NCBI GenBank assembly: GCA_050633305.1 | Contig: JBOEGF010000024.1 | Location: 224,001-288,000, forward strand | DNA from: Nannocystales bacterium | Lineage (GTDB): Bacteria; Myxococcota_A; Polyangia; Nannocystales; Nannocystaceae | Reading direction: 5' to 3' | DNA length: 64,000 nucleotides | Shown: piece after piece, positions 20,993 to 30,101 of the stretch | Numbering within the stretch: the first letter of the stretch is position 1 | Layout: each line of letters opens with the position of its first letter | Notes under the pieces: model-generated | What the model was told of the DNA's origin: nothing | Seen by the model: only the letters and a program-made list of their open reading frames with translations | Databases searched by the model: none | Program-made: the position numbers and the translations under genes

Positions 20993-21952
20993 TCAGCCAG
21001 CAGCCGCTTCGATGCGCTGGAGCATGGAAGCGACGGCCTCGCCAAGGGCGGCGCGGCTCTGCTCGGCGAACTGAGCCTCGGGGCTTTGCGCCAAGCGTTG
21101 CAGCATTTGGTACGCGCCCGAGTACCGGCGACCCGGATCGCGGTCCAAGTTCTTTCGAACGATCTCAGAGAGCTTCGGAGAGAGCCCCGAGACTCGCCGG
21201 CTGGCTTGGCTGATGTCGAAACGGGTGATGTTCTCGCGGGTTTGGTCGTCGGTCTCGCCCGCGAGACAGCGTTCGCCGCGCAACATCTCCCACAGCATCA
21301 CGGCCATCGCGAACAGGTCGGTGCTCTGGTTCGCGGTGCCGCCGATACGCTCGGGGGCCATGTACGCCAGGTCGCCCGCGTCCCGCTCATCGTTCTCTTC
21401 GGGGAGCCACGCGCTGCGGGACCGGCCGAACCCGATCAGCACCGCGTCGCCATTGCGGGAGACCATGACGTTGGTCGGGTTGAGGTTGCGATGCACGAGT
21501 GCCAGCGGGGTGGGCCCGTCGTCACCCATGAACTCCATACCGTGCAGATGCCGCAGCGCGTCCGCGAGCTGCCCCATGATGTAGACGGCGACCTCCTTGG
21601 TGAGCTGGCGCGGCCGCCCTTCATCGTGTCCGAGCAAGGTGGACAGCTGGACACCGTCGACGCGGTCCATCACGACGTAGGGGATGCCGTCTTGGTCCCC
21701 CGCTGCATGCACCGTCGGCGAGCACGGGTGGTTGATGGACTGAAGCATCTTCACCTCGTGCTCGAACGCCGCCTGGCGGCGCGCCGCATCGGGGCCCACA
21801 GAGGAGCGAGGCGGCTGGAAGAGCTTGGCGACGTACGTGGGCCGCTCCTCGTTGGGCTCGTCCTCGTGGCGCACGAGGTAGACCCGGCATGACTCACCGG
21901 CGCCGGGGAGCTCGGAGACGAGTCGGTACTTGCCGAGGCTGCGCAGCTCCAT
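20993..21952 (-). CDS. Protein kinase-fold protein, predicted pseudokinase
   Basis: YVAKLF, YVVMD, YMAPE and DLFA are retained, but HRN replaces HRD and GFG replaces DFG. Start ATG 21952. Confidence 0.85.
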   Translation of the reverse strand: MELRSLGKYRLVSELPGAGESCRVYLVRHEDEPNEERPTYVAKLFQPPRSSVGPDAARRQAAFEHEVKMLQSINHPCSPTVHAAGDQDGIPYVVMDRVDGVQLSTLLGHDEGRPRQLTKEVAVYIMGQLADALRHLHGMEFMGDDGPTPLALVHRNLNPTNVMVSRNGDAVLIGFGRSRSAWLPEENDERDAGDLAYMAPERIGGTANQSTDLFAMAVMLWEMLRGERCLAGETDDQTRENITRFDISQASRRVSGLSPKLSEIVRKNLDRDPGRRYSGAYQMLQRLAQSPEAQFAEQSRAALGEAVASMLQRIEAAAG

Positions 21953-22034
21953 CGCTTTGCAGTGTGCATGCGCCCGATCCGCCTGTAAAGCGTCGTGCCG
22001 AGGCCGTTTTGCGCCCTGGCGTGGGGCCGGTATC

Positions 22035-23363
22035 GTGCCGCCCGTGTCCCGCGATGAGACAGCGCCGCACCTCGTCTTGGGTGCCGGACTTACCGGACTC
22101 TCGGCGGCCTTGCATGCGGCGCGCTCCAGCGCGGTGCCCGTGGCGGTTTTCGAACGCGCTGGGGAGGTTGGTGGGAAAGCGAGGAGCCGGCGCCGCGAGG
22201 GGTACACGTTCGACATCACTGGCCACTGGCTGCATCTGCGCGATGATCGGGTGCGCGCGCTGGCTGACACGCTGTTCGAGCCCGGAGATCTCGTTGAAAT
22301 CGAGCGAAGCACGGGGATCTACACCCACGGTCGAATGCTGCCATACCCGTTCCAGGCCAACCTCCACGGCCTTCCGTTGCCCGTTGTGCAGGAGTGTCTT
22401 GCGACGTTCCTCGAGGCTCAGGTCGAGGCGGGAAAACCCGGTGCGCTCGCCCCACGAACCTTCGAGGACTTCGCGGTGCAACGTTTCGGGCGCGGCATCG
22501 CGGAGGAGTTCTTCATCCCCTACAACCGCAAGCTTTGGGGGGCGGCTTACGATGACCTCACTCCGAACTGGATTTCGCGGTTCGTGCCGCTGCCGGACGT
22601 TCGACAGGTGATCGGCGGCGCCATCGGGCTCCGCCAGGACGGTCTCGGGTACAACGCCCGCTATCGGTATCCATCCTCAGGTGGCATCGATGCGCTCCCC
22701 CGTGCGATGGGCCGGGCCGTCGTGGAGGCTGGGATCCCGATCCACACCGAGACCGACGTCGTCCGGATCGATCCCGTCGGCCGCGAGGTGCACATGGCCG
22801 ATGGCCGCGTGCAATCCTACGACCGCCTGGTGTCGACGCTCCCGTTGCCGGAGCTGGTGCGGCGGCTCGACGGCGTTCCGGCGGAACTTCAGGAGGCCGC
22901 CGGCCGTCTGCGGTGGGTTCGCTGGCGCTACCTCGACGTCGGGACGACGGCACCGATCCCGATGGATGAGCACTGGGTCTACGTCCCCGACCCCGCGATC
23001 CCGTTCTTCCGGGTGGGCTGCTACTCCAACGCGCTCCCTGCGATGGCGCCACAGGGGTGCGGATCGCTGTACGTCGAGCTCGCGGACCGCGACAACCCCC
23101 CGGACCTGCCGGCGATCATGGCCGGATTGGTCGAGATGGGCGCGCTATCGGCCCCTGACGACGTCGCGTTCGCCGACGTGCATGACATCGAGTATGCCTA
23201 CGTCGTGTTCGACGAGGGTTATTCGAGCGCCCGAGAGGCGCTGTTCTCCCACCTCGAGGGTCTGGGGATTCGCAGTTGCGGCCGCTATGGCGCGTGGATC
23301 TACAACTCGATGGAGGACAGCATCCTCGCAGGAATGGAGGCCGCACAGTGGCTGAGCAGCTGA
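22035..23363 (+). CDS. FAD-dependent oxidoreductase, HemY/UDP-galactopyranose mutase-like family
   Basis: VLGAGLTGLSAA, ERAGEVGG, GYTFDITGH, PYNRKLW, YAYVV, GRYGAW.Y.SME. Start approximate. Confidence 0.85.
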   Translation: MPPVSRDETAPHLVLGAGLTGLSAALHAARSSAVPVAVFERAGEVGGKARSRRREGYTFDITGHWLHLRDDRVRALADTLFEPGDLVEIERSTGIYTHGRMLPYPFQANLHGLPLPVVQECLATFLEAQVEAGKPGALAPRTFEDFAVQRFGRGIAEEFFIPYNRKLWGAAYDDLTPNWISRFVPLPDVRQVIGGAIGLRQDGLGYNARYRYPSSGGIDALPRAMGRAVVEAGIPIHTETDVVRIDPVGREVHMADGRVQSYDRLVSTLPLPELVRRLDGVPAELQEAAGRLRWVRWRYLDVGTTAPIPMDEHWVYVPDPAIPFFRVGCYSNALPAMAPQGCGSLYVELADRDNPPDLPAIMAGLVEMGALSAPDDVAFADVHDIEYAYVVFDEGYSSAREALFSHLEGLGIRSCGRYGAWIYNSMEDSILAGMEAAQWLSS

Positions 23364-24115
23364 AGGACCCCGAGGTCACGGTCGTCATCCCGGTCTACAA
23401 CGAGGCCGCGATCCTCGCTCAGAGCGTCGAGGGGCTCGTCGCCGGGCTTCGTTCGCTGTTGGGCGAGGGTGCCTTTGAGGTGGTGCTGGCCGAGAACGGA
23501 AGCCGGGATGGCACGCCCGAGCTCGCCGCGGCGCTGGGGGAGCGATTCGAGGAGGTCACGACGTTCTCGTACCCCGAGCCGAACTACGGTGGGGCGCTCC
23601 GCGAAGGCATCTACCGAGCCCGCGGCCGCTTCGTGGTGTGCGAGGAGATCGACCTGTGCGACCTCGACTTCCATGCGCGCGCGCTGGATGTCCTGCGTAG
23701 CGAGCAGGCGCAGATGGTCATCGGGTCCAAGGCCATGCGCGGGGCCAACGACCAGCGCCCGCTCAAGCGACGGGTGGCGACGCTCGCCTACAACGGACTG
23801 CTCCGGGTCACGTTGGGCTTTCGCGGAACGGACACGCACGGCCTCAAGGCCTTTGCGCGGACTCCGTTGCTGCCCATCGTGGCCGGCTGCGTCGTGGAGC
23901 ACGATGTGTTCGCCAGCGAGCTGGTGATCCGTGCCCAGCGAGCCGGACGCGTCTGTCGCGAGATTCCCGTCGAACTCAACGAGAAGCGGGCACCGTCGAT
24001 TCGGTTGGGAGCCCGTGTGCCACGCGTGCTCAAGAACCTCATGCGGCTGATGGTTTCCATCCATCTCACGGCGGAGCACGACGGGCCTCCGCCCGAGTCC
24101 GCGGCGCGCGAGTGA
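23348..24115 (+). CDS. Glycosyltransferase family 2, polyprenol-phosphate (DPM/DPG synthase-like)
   Basis: VVIPVYNE, ENGSRDGT, YGGALREG, IGSK, TDTHGLKAF, EIPV. Confidence 0.9.
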   Translation: MAEQLKDPEVTVVIPVYNEAAILAQSVEGLVAGLRSLLGEGAFEVVLAENGSRDGTPELAAALGERFEEVTTFSYPEPNYGGALREGIYRARGRFVVCEEIDLCDLDFHARALDVLRSEQAQMVIGSKAMRGANDQRPLKRRVATLAYNGLLRVTLGFRGTDTHGLKAFARTPLLPIVAGCVVEHDVFASELVIRAQRAGRVCREIPVELNEKRAPSIRLGARVPRVLKNLMRLMVSIHLTAEHDGPPPESAARE

Positions 24116-25017
24116 TGCCCGAGAAGACCACCGCGGTCAGCGTCGACCTCGACGACCTGGGTTGCTACTACGGCGTCCATGGCGTGCCGGGGCAGGCCCG
24201 TCCCTACGCCCTGACGTGTTGGCTTCCACGGTTTCTCGAGCTGTTCGAAACGTTGCGGATCAAGGCGACGTTCTTCGTCATCGGCCGCGATCTCGAAGCC
24301 GATCTAGAACGGGGCGGTGAAGGGGCGGCCGTGTTGCGGGCCGCTGCGCAGGCGGGGCACGAACTCGCCAGTCACTCTTGGTCACACGCCTACGACATGA
24401 GTGTGTGGGACGAGCCCAGGGTTCTCGAGGACCTACAACGCTGTGACGCGCTTCTTCGGGAGGTTGGCGGCACACCGCGCGGGTTCCGTGCGCCTGGCTA
24501 CACCCACGGGCTGCCCATGCTTCAGGCCGTTGCAGCGATGGGGTACCGCTACGACAGCTCCTGCCTGCCTTCTCCCGTCTACTACGCAGGGAAAGTCGGT
24601 GTGATGGCAGCGATGGCGCTGCGAGGCCGTCGCTCGTCGTCCCAGTTCCGAGGCGCCCGCTCGTTTGTCGGCCCCCTCGAGCCGTATCGGCGGACCGATG
24701 TCGACTTGGTCGAGCTCCCCATGAGCGTGTCACCGGTGTTGCGCCTGCCGATCATTGGGACGACGGTGCTGGGCGGACCGGACTGGGTGCGCCGACGCTT
24801 GAGCGCCGCCGCCAGCGAGCTTCCGCATCTGCACTTGGAGCTGCATGCGATCGACTTGGCCGATGCGATGCGTGATGGCATCGAGGCGCCACTTCCTGAG
24901 CTTCGCGTACCGCTGGCCACTCGCGAGGCACGGCTGACAGCGCTGCTGCGAGGTCGTGGAGAGAGTCTTCGGCTCGACGAACTCGCAGACCGTGTCTGCG
25001 GAGCGGATGGTCGGTAG
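24112..25017 (+). CDS. Polysaccharide deacetylase family (CE4/NodB-like)
   Basis: SVDLDD, ATFFVIG, GHELASHSWSH, GFRAPG, YDSS, LHAID; overlaps the GT2 stop. Confidence 0.9.
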   Translation: MMPEKTTAVSVDLDDLGCYYGVHGVPGQARPYALTCWLPRFLELFETLRIKATFFVIGRDLEADLERGGEGAAVLRAAAQAGHELASHSWSHAYDMSVWDEPRVLEDLQRCDALLREVGGTPRGFRAPGYTHGLPMLQAVAAMGYRYDSSCLPSPVYYAGKVGVMAAMALRGRRSSSQFRGARSFVGPLEPYRRTDVDLVELPMSVSPVLRLPIIGTTVLGGPDWVRRRLSAAASELPHLHLELHAIDLADAMRDGIEAPLPELRVPLATREARLTALLRGRGESLRLDELADRVCGADGR

Positions 25018-25073
25018 GAAAGGAGCCCACCGGAGCATGCATTCTCTGCCGCGTCTCCGTACACTGCGGGCGC

Positions 25074-26057
25074 ATGGCGGGAATCGGGGAACTCGTCGTC
25101 GGCGCCTTGTTGCTGGGACTGGGCCCGACGAGCCAGCCTGCGCGTGACCGAACAGCCTGGGTCGCCGAGACATCGGTCGAGGGCGACGTTCAGCCGGAGG
25201 GCGGGGGCGTGTTCGACCTCGCGTTTCGCGAGGGGCTCTCGCGCGGTGGGTTCGAGCTACGACCCGACCCGGACCCCGAGACCTGCGGTGCAGCTCCTGA
25301 AGCCGGGTGTCATGTGCGGGCAGCACGACGCGCGGAGGCGGACTATGCCGTTGCCCTCTCGGTTTCGGTGACGCGGCGCGACTACGCGATCGCGGTCCTC
25401 GTATTGGATGCGCGGACAGGGGAGAGCATCGCGGAGAGTCGGGAGACCTGCGATGTCTGCGGGGTCGCGGAGGCGACCGCGGTGGTGGACTCCGTCGCCG
25501 GGGCGATCTCAGCCCGCCTCGACGCGCTCGCACTCGAGCCCCCGACGCTCGCGTTCCGAAGTCGTCCGTCGGCGGTGTTGATCCGGGTCGACGGGGATGT
25601 CGTCGGCGAGACGCCGTTCGAACGCTCGGTACCACCAGGAACCCACATCGTCCGCGCCGAGAAGACGGGCTTCGTCCCCGAGGAGCGGAGCATCGAAGCC
25701 GTCCCGGGAGTGTCGTCGTCGGTGATGTTCGAGCTCGAGCCTACGCCCGAGGATCCTGGGATGGCGGCCGCTCGCGACCGGCGGAGGCGCTGGGGCTGGG
25801 GCATGACAGGGGTTGGGGCAGGGTCGGTGCTCACGGGCGCGACGTTGATCGGGGTCCATGGGCTCCCCAATCGCTTGCAGTGCGGTGGCGACGAGGTCGA
25901 CCAGGATGGGGACTGCAAGTTCATCCTCGCCACGCGGGTCCCGGGGATCGTGGTGGGCGTGGTGGGTGTGGGACTGGTCTCCGCAGGCGTAGCGTTGTGG
26001 GTGCGCAACCGTCCCCGGCGTCGTGTCGCCGCAACCGTCGGGGGTATTCGGTTCTAG
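25074..26057 (+). CDS. PEGA-domain secreted protein with Gly-rich C-terminus
   Basis: SRPSAVLIRVDGDVVGETP...PGTHIVRAEKTGF (PEGA); Cys pairs; two hydrophobic segments; ends GGIRF. Confidence 0.85.
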   Translation: MAGIGELVVGALLLGLGPTSQPARDRTAWVAETSVEGDVQPEGGGVFDLAFREGLSRGGFELRPDPDPETCGAAPEAGCHVRAARRAEADYAVALSVSVTRRDYAIAVLVLDARTGESIAESRETCDVCGVAEATAVVDSVAGAISARLDALALEPPTLAFRSRPSAVLIRVDGDVVGETPFERSVPPGTHIVRAEKTGFVPEERSIEAVPGVSSSVMFELEPTPEDPGMAAARDRRRRWGWGMTGVGAGSVLTGATLIGVHGLPNRLQCGGDEVDQDGDCKFILATRVPGIVVGVVGVGLVSAGVALWVRNRPRRRVAATVGGIRF

Positions 26058-28135
26058 TTGCTGGGCGACTGACCAGCATCGCCCAGCATGGCATCGATAC
26101 GTGCGAGCGCCTTGGCGGCGCCGCGAGCACCGAGCTTTTTTGCGGCGGAGTAGGCCTCGCGGGCGTCGTCGTAGCGGTGCACTTTGTACAGGGCGTCCCC
26201 CAGTTCCATGTGCCCGGCGGCAACGCGAGGTGCGTGGCGGGTGGCCTTTCGCGCGTAGTTGACCGCGCGCTGATACTCGCCGCGGTCGAAGGCCAACGCG
26301 CCGAGCTCTCGGAGTGCGCGCGCGTTCTTGCGATCGAAGTTGAGTGCGCGGTGAAACGCTTGTTCCGCGGCTCGGCGATTGCCCGCAGCCAGAGCTGTCA
26401 GTCCTCGCGTGACCTCGGCTTGCGCCCGGGCGCGAGAGTCCTTGGGCTTGGGATTCGGCGCCTCCGGGTCGGCTTCGGTCTCGGTCTCGGTCTCGGTCGA
26501 ACTCGGCGGGTCCGTCTCCGTGGCCCGAGTCGGACGCGGTGCGGGTTGCGGGGCCGCGGTGGCAGGGAACATTCGGTCGAGTCGGGCTTCGGTGCTGGCC
26601 GAGGGGCGGCGGGTCGCCGCACGAACTCGGGAGACATCGGCAGAGCGAGATTGTGGGTCCTCGTCGGCCAGCGCGGCCAAAACGTCGCCCCCGACGAGTT
26701 CCGCCGGCGTGAAGGTCCCTGCCTCGGCACGCGTTCGCAGCGTCGCCAGCTCGCCCGGGGTCAGCGGAGAGTGAGCCCGTGCGGGGGCGTGCCGAGGGTC
26801 GAAGAGCAGCGCCGACGCGTAGTAGTCGGCTGCGAAGGCTTCCCCACCATCGAGTGACGCGTACGCATCTCCCAGCGCGGTCAGGGTGACCGCGAGCTCG
26901 CCGCGCAGCTGTTGTGCACGTTGGGCCGCTTGCCGAGCCCCGTGGCCTTCGACGCCTTCGAGCGCCAGCACAGCGAGGAGCGCAGTGGTGCTGGAGGGGT
27001 CGGACGATGGGGGATAGACGAAGTGTCCATCGGACGCTGCAGTGCGAGCTTGGGCCTCCAGCGCGTTGACCTGTGCGACCACCTCAGGAGGCGAGCGGGG
27101 CTCGAAGGCCGTCGTCGCGGCTGCACCTGCGAGCGCGGAGCCGAGCACGACAGCAACGAGCGCGGTCCGCTGACGTCGGCGCGAGCGCTTGTCCTTGTCG
27201 AGCGCCCACAGCAATGCATCCATGGACTCGAACCGTTGAGCTGCGTTGGGTCGCAGTCCCCGGTGGAGCGCGCGCACGAGCCAGCCCGGGAGGCTGCTGT
27301 TCGGGGGCTGAGGCGGCGTGCCCTCTCGGATGCTCGCGAGCAACGCTCGGGGCTCGCGACTGGGAAAGGGGCGCTTTCCGTAGAAGCACTGCCACGCACT
27401 CACGCAATAACTCCACTGGTCCGACCGAGCGTCAGCGTGTCCGGTGAACTGCTCGGGAGACATGAAGGCCGGCGTCCCCATCACGGTGCCGGCTTCGGTG
27501 AGCGAGCCCGGTCCGGGCTCGAGCGGTGGCTCGGACCGGGAGGGTTCGGTGAGCACAGCCTCAGCCGGTGCTTCACTGGCAGTACGCGACAGACCGAAGT
27601 CCAATACCTTCGCCTTGCCCGAGGGGGTGACCAGGACATTGGAGGGCTTGAAGTCCCGGTGCACCAAGCCCACGGCGTGGGCGGCGGCGAGTCCCCGACC
27701 GGCCTGACACAGAACGTCACGGATCGAGCGCCAGTCCGGGCGGGTCTGTGCCGCCCACTCATTCAAGGGCAGGCCGTCGATGCACTCCATCGCGATGAAA
27801 ACGCCGCCCGCGTGGGTCCCCGTGTCGTGAACGGCGACGACGTTGGGGTGCGCCAGGCGAGCCATCGACTGCGCCTCCCGCTCCATTCGAGGGACCGTAT
27901 CGGGCAGCGGAGACCGTTCGGGATGCAGCAGCTTGAGCGCGACGCGGCGATCGAGTTTCGGATCGTAGGCACCGTAGACGATCCCCAGTCCGCCGGCGCC
28001 GAGCTGGTCGACGATGAGGTAGCGTCCGACCCGGACCGGTTGCGGCGACGCACCGAACAACGAGTCCCGAAGTCGGTTGCGCATGATGTGTTCGCCAGGG
28101 TCGTCATCCCCGGTGCGGCCTACGCTCACGTCCAA
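26054..28135 (-). CDS. Membrane Ser/Thr protein kinase with C-terminal TPR domain
   Basis: LGAGGLG, VALKLL, HRDFKPSN, DFG, GTPAFMSPEQ; TM helix; TPR-like AEQAFHRALNFDRKNARALRELG. Confidence 0.95.
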   Translation of the reverse strand: MDVSVGRTGDDDPGEHIMRNRLRDSLFGASPQPVRVGRYLIVDQLGAGGLGIVYGAYDPKLDRRVALKLLHPERSPLPDTVPRMEREAQSMARLAHPNVVAVHDTGTHAGGVFIAMECIDGLPLNEWAAQTRPDWRSIRDVLCQAGRGLAAAHAVGLVHRDFKPSNVLVTPSGKAKVLDFGLSRTASEAPAEAVLTEPSRSEPPLEPGPGSLTEAGTVMGTPAFMSPEQFTGHADARSDQWSYCVSAWQCFYGKRPFPSREPRALLASIREGTPPQPPNSSLPGWLVRALHRGLRPNAAQRFESMDALLWALDKDKRSRRRQRTALVAVVLGSALAGAAATTAFEPRSPPEVVAQVNALEAQARTAASDGHFVYPPSSDPSSTTALLAVLALEGVEGHGARQAAQRAQQLRGELAVTLTALGDAYASLDGGEAFAADYYASALLFDPRHAPARAHSPLTPGELATLRTRAEAGTFTPAELVGGDVLAALADEDPQSRSADVSRVRAATRRPSASTEARLDRMFPATAAPQPAPRPTRATETDPPSSTETETETEADPEAPNPKPKDSRARAQAEVTRGLTALAAGNRRAAEQAFHRALNFDRKNARALRELGALAFDRGEYQRAVNYARKATRHAPRVAAGHMELGDALYKVHRYDDAREAYSAAKKLGARGAAKALARIDAMLGDAGQSPSN

Positions 28136-28164
28136 CGCTCCTGCTCGATGATAACATTGACCCG

Positions 28165-28779
28165 ATGCGTGCCGACGAGGAACTCCTGGAGGCTTGGCGA
28201 GGCGGTGATGCCGATGCCGGGCGGGAGTTGTTCGAGCGGCACATCGATTCTTTGAGTCGCTTCTTCCGCAGCAAGGTCGGAGACGCTCGCGAGGACCTGA
28301 TTCAGGCGACGTTCTTGTCGTGTGTCGAGGCGCGAGACAAGGTGCGCGACGGGACCAAGTTCCGGGCCTACTTGTTCAGGATCGGCCGCAACAAGCTCTA
28401 CGACTACTTGTTGTCGGCCAAGCGTGGGGTCGAGCGGCCCGACCCGCTGACGCATTCGGTGTTGGACCTCGGCGTATCGCCGAGCAGTATCGTGGCTGCC
28501 GGGCAACGCGAGCAACAGCTCGTCACTGCGCTGCAAACCATCCCGTTGGAGTTCCAGATGCTGCTCGAGCTCCACTACTGGGAGGGGATGTCGACCGCTG
28601 ACCTCGCCGAGGTCTTGGGGATCCCGCGTGGCACCGTGAAGACCCGACTGTTCCGGGCCCGCGCGTTGGTCCGCGACGCGATCGCGAAAGTGCAGCGTCG
28701 CCCGGTGTGCGAGCTCAAGGACGCCGACCTCGCAGGGTGGTTGGCATCGGTCCGGGCAGGCCGGGAAACGCCGGCGTAG
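28165..28779 (+). CDS. ECF-type RNA polymerase sigma-70 factor
   Basis: EDLIQATF, FRAYLFRIGRN (region 2); YWEGMSTADLAEVLGIPRGTVKTRLFRAR (region 4). Confidence 0.93.
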   Translation: MRADEELLEAWRGGDADAGRELFERHIDSLSRFFRSKVGDAREDLIQATFLSCVEARDKVRDGTKFRAYLFRIGRNKLYDYLLSAKRGVERPDPLTHSVLDLGVSPSSIVAAGQREQQLVTALQTIPLEFQMLLELHYWEGMSTADLAEVLGIPRGTVKTRLFRARALVRDAIAKVQRRPVCELKDADLAGWLASVRAGRETPA

Positions 28780-28826
28780 GGGCGGTGGACGCCCCTTGCT
28801 GCGCTCGAGGGAGGGCCCCGATCTGT

Positions 28827-30101
28827 TCACCCCCCGAGGAGACCGGAGAGCTGTTCGGCTTGCGGCACGCCAAGATCAAACTCATCGGCCGCGTCGGTGT
28901 CCTGCACTCCGGCGAACGCTCGCAGCGCCTCGTGGATGTGCTCCGGCCGCATCCGGATCCCCGCCGGGTCCAACGCGAGGGTTTGCGGGTCGACGGTCAG
29001 GGGCCACTGTTCGTGACCGGTCTCGGGATCGACGGTCGTCGCACCCACGACCCGGTTGCCGGAGATCCCCGTACCCATGAGCATCATCGAGCCGACGGAC
29101 CAGTGGTCCTTGCCGTCGTTCTCGTTGTACCAAGGCGTTCGCCCCATCTCCGACTGCATGACGACCACCAGGCGGTCCCGAATCCCAAGCGCCTCGGCGC
29201 GAACCATCAGGTAGTCGATGCCTCGCAGGAGGTTGGGGATCAGGTTCATTTGGTCGGGGTCGTTGTTCGCGTGCGAGTCGAACTGGCCCAAGCCGATGGT
29301 TGCAGCACAGCACGCACCGGACACGAAGCCCGTGAGCGCGACCTCGATGTTGCGACGGAAGTTGTCCGCCGGCGTATCACTGGGGACGTGCTCGAGGACC
29401 CACTCGAGGTTTCGGCTGCTGGCCTGCGCGTCGAGCACTCCGCGCTCGGCCAAGTCCCGGGTCGGTAGCCCTGACGGCTCAGACTCGAGCGCCGCGTCGA
29501 TCTGCGCGATCGTCTCCTGCGGCATGTAGCGTTCATTGCCGGAGTCGCTGGTGTAGTCGGCGTTGGCGAGCGTGAGGAGTGACGGAAAGTCGGTGAGGGT
29601 GTTCTTTGCAGTGAGTCCACCGGTCGTGCCGAACGCGTTCAGTGCCATGAACGACAGCGGCGCCTGCGGTGCAAGTTGGGATGCGACGAGGGCCCCAAAC
29701 GCCGGAAAACGGTCGCTGTCCAGCTTGCCCGACCCCATGTATCGAGTGCAGGGCTCGTGGTTGTTCACGGAGACATCGATGCCGTTGATCACGAGCAACT
29801 CGCTGCCGTAGCGCGAGAAGAACGTCTCGTTGGTGAGACCTTCGCCGTTGAGCAGGCCTTCGGTCGGGGCGAAGGAGTGGGCGCCGACTTGCTGGATGTC
29901 GGATTCGGAGTACAACCGGTTGAGCTCCGGGGTGCCCTTGGGGTCCATCAAGGCGGTCGTGTCCCAACCCCCCGTCGCGTTGATGATGCAGAAGCACAAC
30001 CCTTCATGAGGGGCGGCGACTGCCGAGCGAGAACCGAAGGTGGTGACGAGGCCGACTCCAGTGAGGGCCGTCGTGCCACGGAGGAAAGAACGTCGGTTCA
30101 T
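28827..30101 (-). CDS. Tat-exported DUF1501-family protein
   Basis: MNRRSFLRG Tat motif; GGWD, FDSH, SEMGRTP, GKDHW. Start ATG 30101. Confidence 0.85.
   Translation of the reverse strand: MNRRSFLRGTTALTGVGLVTTFGSRSAVAAPHEGLCFCIINATGGWDTTALMDPKGTPELNRLYSESDIQQVGAHSFAPTEGLLNGEGLTNETFFSRYGSELLVINGIDVSVNNHEPCTRYMGSGKLDSDRFPAFGALVASQLAPQAPLSFMALNAFGTTGGLTAKNTLTDFPSLLTLANADYTSDSGNERYMPQETIAQIDAALESEPSGLPTRDLAERGVLDAQASSRNLEWVLEHVPSDTPADNFRRNIEVALTGFVSGACCAATIGLGQFDSHANNDPDQMNLIPNLLRGIDYLMVRAEALGIRDRLVVVMQSEMGRTPWYNENDGKDHWSVGSMMLMGTGISGNRVVGATTVDPETGHEQWPLTVDPQTLALDPAGIRMRPEHIHEALRAFAGVQDTDAADEFDLGVPQAEQLSGLLGG

Noticed and set aside
26054..26057. Convergent genes sharing overlapping stops (also 60018-60021 and 19460-19476)
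   Set aside because: Common in compact GC-rich genomes; no sign of special function.
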